Shown in pieces: positions 1 to 15,764 of a stretch of DNA of 64,000 bases. The notes beneath the pieces were generated by a model that was not told the origin of the DNA, ran no database searches, and saw only the letters and a program-made list of their open reading frames with translations. The stretch lies in assembly GCF_009914755.1 (NCBI RefSeq), contig NC_060933.1. One strand, given 5' to 3'. A program made the translations under genes and the position numbers. Position 1 is the stretch's first letter; each line of letters begins with the position of its first letter. The DNA comes from the human T2T-CHM13v2.0 reference genome, Homo sapiens.

Positions 1-754
1 CTTTACCTTCTGGCCATGGCAAAAGCATGCTGTGCCTTCATGCCTCCCTGCCTTTCCCCTGCTGTTCTTTCGGCCTTCAGTGCTGTTCTCCCTCTTCTCA
101 GTCTGTGAACTTGTAATCACCCTTAAAAGCAAAGTTCTTCATTGATTTACCTGTACCCCCACAGCCCCCTGTGCCAACTCAGAGCACCAGCCAGAGTGTG
201 TTCTAAATGGAACCACCCAATGATGTATCTCTGTCTCTGGCTAGACTAAAAGCTCCCTGAGGACGAGGTTTCTGACTCATTTATTTCTGCTTCCCCATGT
301 GCAGCTCAGAGCTTAATGTGTGACATAGTACAGGCACTTCAGGTTTTAATAAATGGCTGACCACCGAATGAATGAATGAATGCATGAAATAAATGAATGA
401 AGGCTCTGTGATAACCAGGACAGTCACACAACACCAACCAGCATTTACAGCATGTTCTCCTACCCGACCAAATCATCAGCTCTATGAGGGCAGAGACCAC
501 ACCTATTCTGCTCCCCACTGCCAGCTCTCCAGCTCCTATCAGCCCCATCATGATACGTAGCTAGTGTGAATCCAAGAGCTCATTTGAAATTCACAGTAAC
601 CCCATGAGGGAGGAACAGCAAGTATTGTTACCTACCTTTTGTAATGGGACAGTGAACCCTAGTAGGAATTGTCCCAGGTCATCCAATTCCAGAAAACTGA
701 AGTGCTCTCCAGGGTTTGACAAACTTGAGAAATGAGTCTTCTTGTTTTATATCC

Positions 755-985
755 GTGCTTCTCTAACTTTAATGTGCATTGAAATTACTTGGGATCTTTT
801 CAGAAATGCAGATTCTGGTTCAGTAGGTATGAGATGGGGCTTGAGAGTCTGAGTTTCTAAAAAGCTCCTTGCTTCTAATAAGCTCTAATAAGTTGATTAG
901 AAAATAAACTTAATAATTCCTAATAAGCTCTAATAAACATCTAGTCAGGTGGTGTTGATTAGTATCTACAAACCACCACATTTTG
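755..985. mobile_element. MER5-type hAT-Charlie DNA transposon remnant
   Basis: aatgcagattctggttcagtaggtatgagatggggcttgagagtctgagtttcta ... accacattttgaac motifs. Confidence 0.65.
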
Positions 986-2004
986 AACACCAAGGTGAGT
1001 GCTAGTTACCACAAAGCTTCCTCCTGGCCATTGCATTAAGATAGTGGATTTTTAAATCTACAAATGAATTCATTTGTGCCTTGGATCAAAATCAAGGGCT
1101 CTTTCTGGTCAGCAAACTTCTTGCAAGTTTGGATCTATGAGCACAAGATGGGTGCCTGGGCAGTGCTGGGATGGGAACCTGAGACACCTGAGACCCTGAG
1201 ACATCAAAACCACTCAGAAGTGTGCAAAGTGAAGGTAAGAGAGAGGGAGACGTGAGGACAGACTTCCTCCATGCAAACCAAGAGAGATTTAAAAATTCAG
1301 AATGGATAGCAACATTGCACGCATTTGCTTATTATGGTTTTACATTGTATTCCACTTACAGCATTAAAAAGGCTTGAGATGGCTTAAAAAATAAACTACA
1401 TGACCAATGCAACTAGTAAGAACAGAAATTCTAGAAAGACAGGCAGAAACCCTGAAGATTAAGATCACGAAACTCCTGGAGAATCTGATTAGAGCTTATG
1501 AATTCTTGCTCCACAAAAATGAATATATTCATATACACAACAATTTGCATATCATTTCAGTGGGTGTGTGATTCCCCTGAAGCCTATTCAAAAGTCCGGG
1601 TTAAGAGCACCCGATACAGAGAATAAAGAGAGAAAATTATGCCAGTGCCCTGGCTGAAGATGACAACTGTATTTGGACACTCAAATTGGCTCTGAGATGA
1701 CTCATGGCAGCCAAGGGGAAAGGGGGGGACAAGATGAATGGGAGGACTCTTGGTGTCTGATAGTAGAAGGAAGAACATCAATCAGTCTTTCAGGAGAGGG
1801 AACTATTTTCTTAACCCCAATCCTCAGTATATTGTCAAGACAGGCCACTAGACAGAGGGCATAGTAGTTAAGGCGGACTCCGGATCAGTCTGCACAAGGC
1901 CAGGGAACCTAGGAGCAATGAAGGGCAGACTCAAATCCTTCATTAGTCCTTTGGGGGGCCTTAAATAGCAATTGACACATAATGAAACACAATCTATCTT
2001 CCTG

Positions 2005-2007
<3 letters not shown>

Positions 2008-2053
<46 letters not shown>
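2008..2053. repeat. (CA)23 microsatellite
   Basis: Direct reading. Confidence 0.95.
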
Positions 2054-2056
<3 letters not shown>

Positions 2057-2113
2057 TCTGGAGACCACCTTGCTGGATTCAAATCCAAGGTCTACTAGTT
2101 ACTGGCTCTGTAA

Positions 2114-2437
<324 letters not shown>

Positions 2438-2667
2438 AACTTTTAACATTTCTGTGCCTGGTGTCCCCATCTATAAACTGGGGTTGTTGTGGGGATGAAA
2501 TTAGTTCTTATATGTAAAATGCTTAAGACGTGCCTGGGATATTATGTAAGCGTGAGCTGTTATATTATGGGAAGGTGGCAGCATGGAGTACTGGTAATGA
2601 GTACTGATGGCCTGCCTGGATGTAAATCCTGGCTCTACCACTTATTAGCTTTGTGACCTTGGTCAGT

Positions 2668-3167
2668 GTACTTACTGGGTTAAACAGGGTCCCCCCCAAA
2701 AGTCATGCCCACCTAGCACCCCAGAATGTGACCTTTCTCTGGAAATATGGTCTTTACAAATGTAATTAATGAAGTTAAAATGAGGTCACACTGGATTAGG
2801 GTACGTCCTAACTACCCTATGACTGGTGTCTTAAGAAGAAGAGTGGACACACGCCCTTAAAAAGGCTTGAGATGGCTTAAAATAAACCTATATAGGCAGC
2901 ATAACTAGTAAGAACAGATGATGATAGAGTCAGAGATTGGAGTGATGTGGCTGCAAACCAAGGACTGTCAGGGATGGCCAGCAGACACCAGAAGGTAGGA
3001 ATGAGGCATGGAACAGATTCCCCGTCAAAGCCTCCAGATGGAATCAACCCTGCTGACACCTCAATTTTGGACTTCTGGTCCTCTGAACTGAGACAGAGTA
3101 AATCTCTGTTGTTTTAAGCCATCCAGTTTGTGGTCATTTATTATGGCAGCCCTATAAATCTAACATA
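2668..3167 (+). mobile_element. MLT1 (ERVL-MaLR) solo LTR
   Basis: cagaatgtgacc...gttaaaatgaggtca...ggacttctggtcctctgaactgagacagagtaaatctctgttgttttaagcc. Confidence 0.85.
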
Positions 3168-3448
3168 GTCTGCACTTCTTCATCTGTAAAATGGGGATAA
3201 TAAAAGTATCTGCTTCACAATTATTAAGACTGCAAGAAATAATCCATGTAAAGAGCTTAGCATTGTGCCTGGTATGCAGTAAGAACAAAACAAAGCTTCT
3301 ATTATAAGGTACAGTGACAAGTGGCCAACAGTAGCCTCAAGGATGGTGTTAATAGTAGTCTGTTGTATGTCTCTAATTTATTTACTCAATGTCTTATTGA
3401 ATTTTTATGCCGTTTTGGGGGTTTTGGGTTTTTCTTCGCTAATAGAGG

Positions 3449-3667
3449 TTTTTTTTTTTGTTTTTTTTTTTTTTTTAGACAAGGTCTCACTCTTTCACCC
3501 AGGCTGGAGTGCAGTGGCTCACTGCAACCTCCACCTTCTGGGCTCAAGTGGTCCTCCCCCAAACCCCAGAAGCTGGGACCACAGGTGCATGCCACCATGC
3601 CCAGCTAATTTTTTGTATTTTTAGGCGAGACGGGGTTTCACCATGTTGCCCAGGCTGGTCTTGAACT
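3449..3667 (-). mobile_element. Alu, truncated and degenerate
   Basis: Poly-T, right arm and part of left arm. Confidence 0.85.
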
Positions 3668-4184
3668 GAAAAAGGGTATACCAATGTAACTTCTCTTCTG
3701 TGTGAGGACACTGGTCTCCCCACATCTTGTCAACACTGGGAATTCTCAGACTTTTAAATCTCTGTCAATCTGATAGAACTGATATCTCCTTCCACAATTT
3801 GCTTTTTTATAATTATAAGTGAGTTTTGTTATTATTTATATGTGTATTAGCCATTAGTATTTCCTTTTGTGTGAACTGTCTATTCCTCTCCTCTTTCCAC
3901 ATTTTCTGGCCTGTTCTGTTTTTTTATTGGAGGAACTCTTTGTCTATTAAACAAATCAGCCTTTTGTTTAATATGAAGCAAATATATTTTCCCCCAGCTT
4001 GCCGTTTGCTTTTTGGTATTGTTCGTATTAATTTTCATATTGGTTTTTTGGAAAATACAAAAACATGTTTCATAAAGCTCTATCTTACATTAACACCTGC
4101 TATGAGGCTATGTGATGAAGTTCATGTTTGTAAAATGGAGAATGAGGATAGGAATGAATTCCACAAGCTTTCCTACAAGTTAGC

Positions 4185-4478
4185 TTTTTTTTTTTTGACA
4201 CTGAGTCTCACTCTGTTGCCCAGGCAAGAGTACAGTGACACAGTCTCGGCTCACTGCAACCTCCACTGCCCAGGTTCAAGCGATTCTTTTGCCTCATCCT
4301 CCCGAGTAGCTGGAATTACAGGTGCCCACCACCACGCCTGGCTAATTTTTGTATTTTTAGTAGAGATGGGGTTTCACCATGTTGGCCAGGCTGGTCTCGA
4401 ACTCCTGACCTCAGGGGATCCACCCACGTCAGCCTCCCAAAGTGCTGGGATTACAGGCCTGAGCCACCACACCCGGTC
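4185..4478 (-). mobile_element. Alu (AluS-like)
   Basis: Full dimer; TSD approximately ctaca(a/g)gttagcttt. Confidence 0.95.
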
Positions 4479-5010
4479 TACAGGTTAGCTTTTATTCTAC
4501 AAGTGCTTTTGACTTACGGCTATCAAAGCTAATAATAATGCTAGGCATTTATTCATTCATTCATTCATTCAACGAATATGTCTTCAGCACTGGACAGGTG
4601 CAGGGCTTTGTGAAGGACCATGGGAGACAGAGATGTTTGTCCTCAGGTAGCTTTTAGTCTTGTGGGAATAGGGGTGCCTGAAGATAATGCAATAACTCCC
4701 AAAGAACTCTGATGGCCTCTCTTGTTTGTACTACAATCGTTAGCTTCCTAGAACTCTCTTCTGCTGGTGTGGAGGGAAATGAAATGGAAGGGGCAGAGCG
4801 TGGGGAGAGCTAAGTGTGGCCTGAACCAGAAAAGTTGCAGAGACATAGGAGGAGTGGAGTGCAGCATGGTTTGAGGGCAGGTGGGCAGGCCAGCTGAGAC
4901 AGGGAGATGTCTTCAGACTCTTTTCCTGGAACCCTGTTGCTTACAGATGATTGCTGTGGTGACTCAGACACCATGATGACCCCAAGAGATGCAAAATGAA
5001 AACATGCACC

Positions 5011-5073
5011 CGCGCGCGCACACACACACACAGACACACACACACACAGACACACACACACACACACACGCAC
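5011..5073. repeat. (CG)4 followed by imperfect (CA)n; alternating purine-pyrimidine tract
   Basis: cgcgcgcgcacacacacacacagacacaca... Confidence 0.9.
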
Positions 5074-5366
5074 AGGCTTTTCCAATTTAAACCACTTGAC
5101 AACTTTGACGTTTAGAGCATCGAGCATGGCTCATTGTGTTCTGGGATGAAGCTCATAGCAACTGCAGAAAGTGATGGAGTCAAACACTATGTTTAGTGTG
5201 TTTGTTTTTTTAGAAGGTACTTTCCCATATGACTAAGAGAATGAAATCAGCCAGTGAAAATAACTGCAAATGAGCCAGAAAACAAGTCTGTTAACAATAG
5301 CTGGTCTCTAAGTCCCCATCCTCCTCCATTCAGGGGCTCCACGCACATCTGTCATAATAGAACTAG

Positions 5367-5847
<481 letters not shown>

Positions 5848-6109
5848 GGCCCTCGGGCAGTTTTTATTGTTAGAAAGTTCCTTGTGCTGATCAGAAATCT
5901 ACTTCCTGGTAATTTCAATAAATCTATGTCTTCTGCCCTCTGGGGAGCCACAGACCTCTTCTGTTCCCTCTTCCCCAGGTGAGCCCAGTAGAGGTTTGGA
6001 GAGTGTGACCATGTTCCTCCTGGTCCTTCAACTGTTCTTCATATGACACCTTGTTTACCTTCTCTGGACTCAGCACCACTCAAAAGAGAAGGCCTAATTC
6101 ACAGCAGAG

Positions 6110-6925
6110 GTCATCCCCATGTCCAGAAGGCATATGAAATGTGCTCAGCATCATTAGTCGTCAGGGAAATGCACAATGAGTTCCCACTACCTGCCCACCA
6201 GAATGGCTAACAGGAAGGTGCTGACAGTACCAAGTGTTGACAAGGATGTGGAGCAGCTGGAACTATCATACATTGTTGGTAGAAATGTAAAATTGTAAAA
6301 TTACTTTGGAAAACTGACAATATCTACTGAAACTAAACATATGCCCACTCTATGACCTAGCAATTCCACTCCTGGGTACACACCCAAAAGAAGGAAGTGC
6401 TTATTTCTACCAAAAGACATATTCATAGCACTGTTTATAATTACCAAATACTGGAAATAACCTAAATGACCATTAAAAGTAGAGTAAATAAATAAATTAT
6501 GGTATATTTCAGATAATGGAATACTACACATCAATGAGAAAGAACAAACTGTTACTACACACAGTAGCACAGGTGAATCTCACAGATACAATGTTGAATG
6601 AAAGAAACCAGATGCAAAAAAAAAAAACCCCAAAAAACACATCCACTATATGTTTCCATACAATGTTCAAAAAGCCAAAACTAATCTACAGTCTTAAAGG
6701 TCAGAATAGTACTATAAATATATTATTTTATATATATTATAAATAGTTACTTTTGAGGGAGATTGACCAGGAGGGAATTTAAGGAAGTTTTCTTGGGGGC
6801 TGGAAATGTTTAGTATCTTCATTTGAATGTCTACATAGGTATATAAATGTGGGAAAATTACATGAGTTGTATACTTAAGCCTTGCACACTTGACTGTATA
6901 TAGCCAGTGTCTTGTTTAAAAAAGA
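6110..6925 (+). mobile_element. Old L1 (L1M) 3' end fragment
   Basis: tcattagtcgtcagggaaatgca...tatgacctagcaattccactcctggg...atggaatactac motifs. Confidence 0.85.
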
Positions 6926-8029
6926 TAATTACCACCCACCCCCCACAAAAGAGTGTGGCCCAGAGTTGAGCTCCAGCATAAAACCAAGCAAGACTGTCAT
7001 TGCCCTTACTTTGGCACTACACTTTTATTACAGCAGCTAAGGTCTCACCATGGCTTTGGGGATGAGCACCTTGAACTGTTGATTTATGCTGGGTCTACAG
7101 TCACTGGAGAGCCCCACATCTTTCTCATGGCTGCTCAGCCACGTCCACTCATCCGGTGCTTGCAGGCTGCAGGCTGGGCCTGAAGGAAGGTGAAGGAAAC
7201 CGGTTATCGAGCTGTATCATCCCTTCTCTCATGTCCCCTTTACAGTACCCCTTGGGAGAACATTCAGTCCGTGTCCTGCTCTCACTTTGCAGAAGAAACC
7301 CCGAATCTCAGAGGCACAAAGTGGTATGCCTGAGGCTGCCCAGTCAGCTAGAGCCAGGGGTAGGGATTTCAGCCCAGGTTTGCATGACCCCTAGTTCAAG
7401 CTCTCATCTTTAACCAGGCTGACCCAAGATGGGGCCTCACCTGTAAAGGAAACTAAGGGCCCAGGGCATCTGTTCTGCTCCAGGGGTGGTGGATGAAGAG
7501 AGGACGGGTGTGACATTATCCCAGGATCTCTGTGTGAGTCTTATCTCCCCATGTTAATTATAAGCGCCTGAGAGCTAGGACTTCTTATTAATTTCTGTCT
7601 CTCCCAAAAAGACCCAGCATGCCCTCCCCATAGTGGGTACCCAGTAAATACTCACCCAGTGAATTAGGTTGTAGAAACTGAGATCCAGAGAAGTACAGCA
7701 GTTTGCTCAAGGTCATATGGCAGGTCCTCAACTAAAGTCAGGACTTGTAACCAGGCCCCCTGACTTCTATGGCAATGCTCCTTCTGCCATTGCACAGTGG
7801 CCCTAGTGTCCTCGAGACCCCGGGACTAGAAATTTCAATGGATTGGAAGACACTAGGGAGGAAAAGGACATTCACATGTAAGCCAAGGCTGAGTCTGGCC
7901 CTGGGGCCTTCAGAGCGTGTGCCCTGGGGCTAAGGCTGGAAACAGGTTGTACACCTGTGCAGGTGCACAGAGCCCTGCTTTCAGAGGGACGCTGTGCTTG
8001 GTGGAATGTTCTGCAGTCACTGTCTTAAA

Positions 8030-8382
<353 letters not shown>

Positions 8383-9019
8383 GAAATTCTTAATAATTTT
8401 ATCTTTGAATTTATATTTTTAAGTGAAGTTTCAATGAAGTATGTGCCAGGGCTCAGAATCTCAGCTTGCATGAGGTCCCACCTCTTGTTGCCTCACTGCT
8501 TCCTGGGGATGGGTTCTTGGACTAGAGCTCCCTCGCCCCTGGCACCCTCTGGTTCCATTCAGCCTCCCACTTCCCACTCCTGCTGGGCTGCCAGTGAGGC
8601 CGCCTGGTGTATTCAGCTGGAAACTCTGCAGGGCAAGCCTTTCATCCACTGCTCTTACAGGTACCTAATGTCCTGGCACAGGGGTTGTAATACCGTTGGG
8701 AATTGCCCATGATATTGCAGTCGCTGTGCCAGGACATTAGGTAATCTGAATTAGAAGTGGACGAAAGGATTGTGTTGCGGCAGCGGCCAGGACCAGGCCA
8801 CTCACTACCTGGATCGGGGCAGACAAGAAGATTGTGTTGGGCCAGTGAACCGTGGGAAGGGGAAATGCCTGGCATGACTTCCTGGCCCTGCCCTAGGGCA
8901 GGATGTGTCGGTCCTGGGTGTGATAAGAGAAAGAAATTGGCAGCCAGTGGGCTTCTTGTGCAGCACACGGACACCTATGTGGATCACGGTATTAATAATA
9001 AATAAAAAACACCATGACA

Positions 9020-9708
<689 letters not shown>

Positions 9709-10426
9709 TAGGGGAAGCAGGATGGTTTGGAATCAAGACATTGGTGACTGAGAGAGCTCAGCCCTCTCAGTTCAGCTCTCTCCCTCTCCCTGTTTCTCCT
9801 CGGCTCTCTTCTATCTGGAACCCATCACAGGTGACAACACGCCCCCGGGGACATGAAACTGCAAGCATAAAAGTAGTTATATTTTTATGCGCTGCAAAGG
9901 TCTCTGCACATCGGAGGAGTGGTTATTGGCATAATTATTGCACCACCTTTTATGACCCTGATCTCAGCCTTAAAAACTAAGGAAGCTAAGCCCCCTCAAA
10001 CTTCCATTACTTTTTGTCTACTCCTTCCACACCTTACCCTACCCCTGCCCACCCAATCGATTGCTGGTTGACTTTCTTCCCCTGCCGGTCACTGGCCTGA
10101 GATAGGATTCAGTTTTCCACCCTCGCCCAGGGGTCTGTATCCCTGACTGACAATTCAGTTCAATCTGCAGTAACTTCACCTTCACTCTGAGCCAGGCAGG
10201 GGCTGGGCGCTGAGATGTGCAGATGTCAGATGTGATCTTGCCCGGCTCAATCTGGGAACACAGAGAGATGTGGGGAGTCCCAGTCTCCTCCGCTAGGCAG
10301 GGGCAGCGCTGCTTCTTTAGAGCTTCCTACAGAGGTGTGGGAGCAGAGGGGGGCATTATCCCAACCAGGGGTGCCGGGAGCCTGTGTGGTGAGGTGCGCT
10401 TTAAAGACATGCTCTCTATCCATCCA

Positions 10427-10510
10427 TGGGAAGCAGTTGGAACTTGGGAAGCAGTTGGAGCTTAGGAGTTGGAGCTTGGGAAGCAGTTGGAGTTTTCAGC
10501 TTGGGAGTAG
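10427..10510. repeat. Short imperfect minisatellite, ~18-nt unit tgggaagcagttggagct
   Basis: 3-4 copies read directly. Confidence 0.8.
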
Positions 10511-10699
10511 CATGAGGACTGATTTTCACCAAGATCATTTGGAGGCTGAGTTGAGTGAGGATAGGAAGGAGGGAGAACTGAGGCAGGGGACTAGTTTGGA
10601 GACCACTGTACTCACTGAGATCATAAGAGGCAGTGCCGTGAGAAGGGAGAGGAGGGACAGATCCAAGGATGTTAAAGAGACAGGATTCCAGTCACAAAG

Positions 10700-11315
<616 letters not shown>

Positions 11316-12087
11316 GTTTAAAATAAGAGAAAGAGCTTTGTCAGGCTCAGGCTGGCCCTGAGCTGGAGAGTGGGCTGGGAAGTCTATGCTGACCCCAAGG
11401 GTCTGGCCTGGGTGACTGACAGGCAGAAGAGGAGCTGCAAACCAGGCCAGGGGAGGGTGGTGGTGCCAAAGCCGGACACGCATGCTGGGTTGGGCATGTG
11501 GGGCCTGAGGACTCCAGGGGGAGGTACCCAGAAGGGAGCAGGGGCTCAGGAAGGGGCCTGGGCTGGATAGACACCATCTGAGTGTCCTCAGCTTATCACA
11601 GGTAGCAGGCCCCACACGGGAGAAGATGAGAACCAGCCAGGGAGAACGTGAGAAGAGGGCAGAGCCCAGAGAAACAGGTGGGCCAAGAATAATGCATCAT
11701 CAAGGAGACCTGGGAGGATTCAGAAAGGAAGCAGGGAAACCAGGAGAGCTTCGCTGCAAGGAGTGGGAGCTCATTAAGGTCCCTTAGGACAGCGAGTGGG
11801 CGTGGCCAGATGGGTGGGCCTGGACAGGCTCATGGGAGGACAGGGGGCTCGTGGGAAACAGGCTGAGCCGTACCATCCAGGCTTGAGGGAGGGGGGCCTG
11901 GGCATTGTTGGGTCTTGTGTGCTCTGTCTCTCATGGGCAGCACAAGCTGTCCCTCAGGACTCCACTCCCTTGCCCATTCTCATCCCCCATCGCCTCAGCT
12001 TCCACACGTCCGCGATGGGCCCCCCAGCTTCTCTTCACCACAGCTGCCCCAACACCTGCCCCATCTTCTCCTCCTGTCCCAGTTCCA

Positions 12088-12456
12088 TGTTATTATGGGT
12101 TGGATTGTGTCCCCAAAAAAGCTGCACCTGTGAATGTGACCTGTGAATGTGATAAGGTCCTTAGGGAAGCCCTAATGCAATATGACTGCTGTCCTCAGAA
12201 AAAGGGGAAATTTGGATCCAGACATGTGCAGAGGGTAGACACTGCGAAGAAAAAAACAGGGAAAGGAGCCTCTGCCGGCCAAGGAACACCTGAGGCCAAC
12301 AGAGCAGCTGGGAACAGATTCGTCCTCAGAGCGAGCCAGCCCTGCTGACCCTTGATTTCTGACTTCTGCCTCCAGAACTGAGAGCCAACACACTTCTGTT
12401 GTTTCTGTCACTTGGTTTGTGGGGCTTTGACGGGGGCATCCCCAGGAAACAAATAC
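12088..12456 (+). mobile_element. MLT1 solo LTR
   Basis: tgttattatgggttggattgtgtcccc...ttgatttctgacttctgcctccagaactgagag...ggaaacaaataca. Confidence 0.8.
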
Positions 12457-12976
12457 AAATGCTAAGAAATGAATGAGCTAAGAACTCCTCTTTTACCCAA
12501 CTCCTCTTTTTGGTTTTTTCTTTGTCTTGGGCCACCTTGGGACCTTGTCACTGGCCTTCCAATCAATTGGCTACCCTTGAGCCAGGCACCCCTCTGCCCA
12601 GTCATCTGAGAGTGGAGGGGTGACCCGTGATATGAAGCATGGCTGCCCTGAGAGGTGCCCCTTAAAGGGTGCAGGGGAGTAGCGGGGAGACAGCTCTCTC
12701 AGGAGGGACAGGGGACATTGCAGGTGCTCTTGCATCCCTGCAGCCGAGGGAAGAGAGATTCCAGAGAGGGAGGTAGATGGCATTGTCTTGGGATACAGAA
12801 TTTAGTGTAGAGGGAACCTGACATAAAATCCCTTTGGCCAAAGTGTCTTCCGGAAGACAGGGACAAATCCACAAATATCTGGGGCATAAAGGATGGACTT
12901 TCTAAGTCAACCTTGCCTTCCCATCCTCAAGATGTTCACTGTGGCTGAAATAACAAGTCAGTATAACTGGAAAATA

Positions 12977-13349
12977 TTTATTTGAACTTGTGACTCAGCT
13001 CTTCCTGAGCTCAAGGAAGTGCAGTCCATAAATCAAGATGATGCCGCGTAAGTGCCTCCTCTGGAGTGTTCCCACATTGGCGGGCAATGCTGGAGAAGCC
13101 ATTAGCAGAAGTGACTGGACCGGCTGCCCGTGAAAGATTTAAAAGAGCCTTGTGTACTCCAGGAGCTGCTCCTTCTCAGAGCTTTCATTTCTGAGGCTTT
13201 CCTGATGGATGGCCTCAGCCTTTGACTCCCTCATTTTCACTGTCCAACCTGCCGAGTGCTACTTCCTGGCACAGCTTGTAAATTCTATTTTTTCATATTT
13301 AACGGAGGCTTAAGGCTTCTGCCACAGAGAAGCGGGGTGGCCGGATATG
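12977..13349 (-). pseudogene. Pseudo-exon P10 (possible last exon)
   Basis: Acceptor tctattttacacttacag; HIRPPRFSVAEALSLR, then frameshifted KYEKIEFT...; TGA at 12997-12995 and AATAAA at 12982-12977. 3' end uncertain. Confidence 0.45.
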
Positions 13350-14427
13350 CTGTAAGTGTAAAATAGACACCAGATTTGGAAGACTTGAGTTTGCGAAGGT
13401 GTTTTAAATATATTTACCTGTCCTTTTATTGCTCTCACCAACTCTTGCTCAGGGTCACCAGGAGCTGCTGCAGGTGGGCCATGCTGGGAGCCCCAGTGGC
13501 TTCATCACCCCCTTCCTGCCCATCCCTCCCCTCTCAGACTTTCAGTCCCTCCAGATCTGGTCCAATCTTGCCGTGGTAAAGATGGGAAAACAGAGCATCT
13601 GAGAAGATAAGGGATTTGCCCAGGATTCCAAGTACCCTAGACCAGGACCCAGAGGTGCTCATTCCCCATTCCTCAGGTGACACCACTGGGCCAGGCACAG
13701 GGCAAGGCACTGGGAACACGAAGACACATAGAACACGGGTCCTCTCCTGAGGGACCTCGGAGCCTGACGACAGCATGGCTCGGGGAAAGGAGGTAGAGAC
13801 TCCAGCAGCGACAGCCTCATAATAATGGCTAATATCTGTGAAGCCAGTTGACTGCACCAGTCAACCCCAGGCTACAGCCTCATCTGCTTGCTACCCCATG
13901 ATCCTCACAATACCTTACGGGGGCGAGTACGGTTAGCCTCTCACTATGCAGACCAAGAAACCCAGTCCAGGGATTTTCCACTTTTTATTTGAGCCACGGA
14001 ATCCTTTCTTCAAGTGAAATTTTATATGGAACCCAAATAAATACATCAGGTAAAATCAGGAGTGAGTCCCCCTCACTTATCCCTAACCCTTTGCAGGGCC
14101 CTGGAGGCACTTTCTCAGAGCCTGAGATCTCCTGTTGGCATAGTTTAAAAACCAGCCAGGTCAGTCAATGCTTTCATTTTTCAGAGGAGGGAAGGAACTT
14201 AGCAAGGGTCACCCAGGGAATTACTGTCACAATTAACACTCCAACCACAAGTCCTATGAAGCTCAGGCCTGTGCTCCATCCCTGACACCTCTTCTCTTAG
14301 GAAACAGAGGCCTTTTATTAGCAGCTATAAAATACAATCTCTTCTAAGCCATATTTTAAGACCGAGTTTGCAGTGGGCTCTCTGAACACACTGTTTTCGC
14401 CTCCCTCCCACCCTGTGTCTTCCCTAC

Positions 14428-15764
14428 CTCCAGTTCTCCCATTTCCTCCACCACAGGAGAATACTGCTTCGTAGCAACCGTCCTTGTGAGCCAAGTCGAT
14501 GAGTGTGGCTTGAAACTGACAGCTTCATAGTTTACCTTAGAGTTTTTGGTTCTTCTCAGTTTATTTCATGTTGTGCCTCATCACTCCATAATATTCACAG
14601 GACTCTTGACGTTAGAAAGGGCTTTTTAAATCCAGTGAAATAGGATTTTAGAAATCAATAGCACCTTGGGGTGTGTATGTGGTGCATTAACTTTCCTGGG
14701 TGCAGTAAGAGGAGACTTCTTTAGGAAATTTCATGATTTGCCCCCCTCAGGGTGGCATCTCTAGGGGAGGCCTAGTGCCCCACCACATATCCCTCCTTCA
14801 GCAGTCCTCATAGTTGCCACCTCCTTTCCTTTCTGGCTCTTTTCCCAGCCCCTTTTCCCCAAGCTGGCTTTGATAAAGGATTTCTTTCTCCCCTGCTCCC
14901 TCGGCCTGGCTGGTCCATTCTCCAGGGTCTGTCCATGACTCTTTTTCTAAGGCTTTTACTATAAAGCATCTAGAAAATAAGGCAGCTGGAAGAGGTAACA
15001 AGTATGAGACACTCCCAGGGTTCCCAACCTGTCTGATGTTCCCCAGAAGTGTTTCCCAGCTGGTCCTGTCCTTGTGTCCCTTCTTGTGTGGTTCTGATGT
15101 GACCCAGAGGTGAGGCAAAAAGCGTGTTTTCCAAACTTGGTTTTGTGAGATTCCATTTCCGGGTGCAGTTTCTCAGAGACGTGCTTTTATGATAAAAAAG
15201 ACTGGGGGAATTCTGCTTGCAACCTATTCCTCTTGGAGACTCCATTGTATACCCACATACCAACATTTTTGAAGAAGTCCTGCAGTCCAGAGTCCTAGGG
15301 AACTTCATATAACCCAAAACCCGTTTGAGCACCAAAAGCTTGTGTTTGCAGCCTCTCTAAGAGATGCTAGTTTTAAGGCAGTTCTGGACATCTCTGTGAG
15401 TTGGTTCTGGAAGACTCCAAGCCCTTCACTGGAGTCCCTCTTGGCCCCAGCACAGAGATCATGGATCCTCTCCCCATCCTGGCTTCACTTAGGAAAAGCC
15501 AAATTAGGCTGTTTTCTGAGGGCCTTCAGGAAGGTTTTTTCGTCGATACCAGAGCACTGTCAGCTGTGCTTTCTTTGGAAGTAATAGAAATGGATCAAGT
15601 GATGGGGGGCCATTTATGGTCTGAGCATTGCATTCTTGGGGCCTGGTCAAAGAGGACGTTAGGCCAAGCTGAGCCATTCTGAGAGAAAAGGATGGCACTG
15701 AGGTTTCTGTATTTGGGAAGCAAGTCCTTCTTATCAAGCCAGCTGTCATATACTTGGATTTCTC
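14428..15764 (-). pseudogene. Pseudo-exon P9 (1337 nt, large hydrophilic exon, frameshifted)
   Basis: ctatttgcag|GAG opens 86 codons in phase 0 (EKSKYMTAGLIRRTCFPN...); no recognisable repeat; last 46 codons open (...KQYSPVVEEMGELE); donor GAG|GTAGGG. Confidence 0.55.

Noticed and set aside
874-935. Repeated ctaataagctctaataa inside MER5
   Set aside because: Short slippage-type duplication with no evident function
3826-4488. 220-aa ORF, the longest in the track
   Set aside because: Runs through decayed L1 and an antisense Alu (…[21 protein letters not shown]); a repeat-derived artefact, as are the many other Alu-frame ORFs
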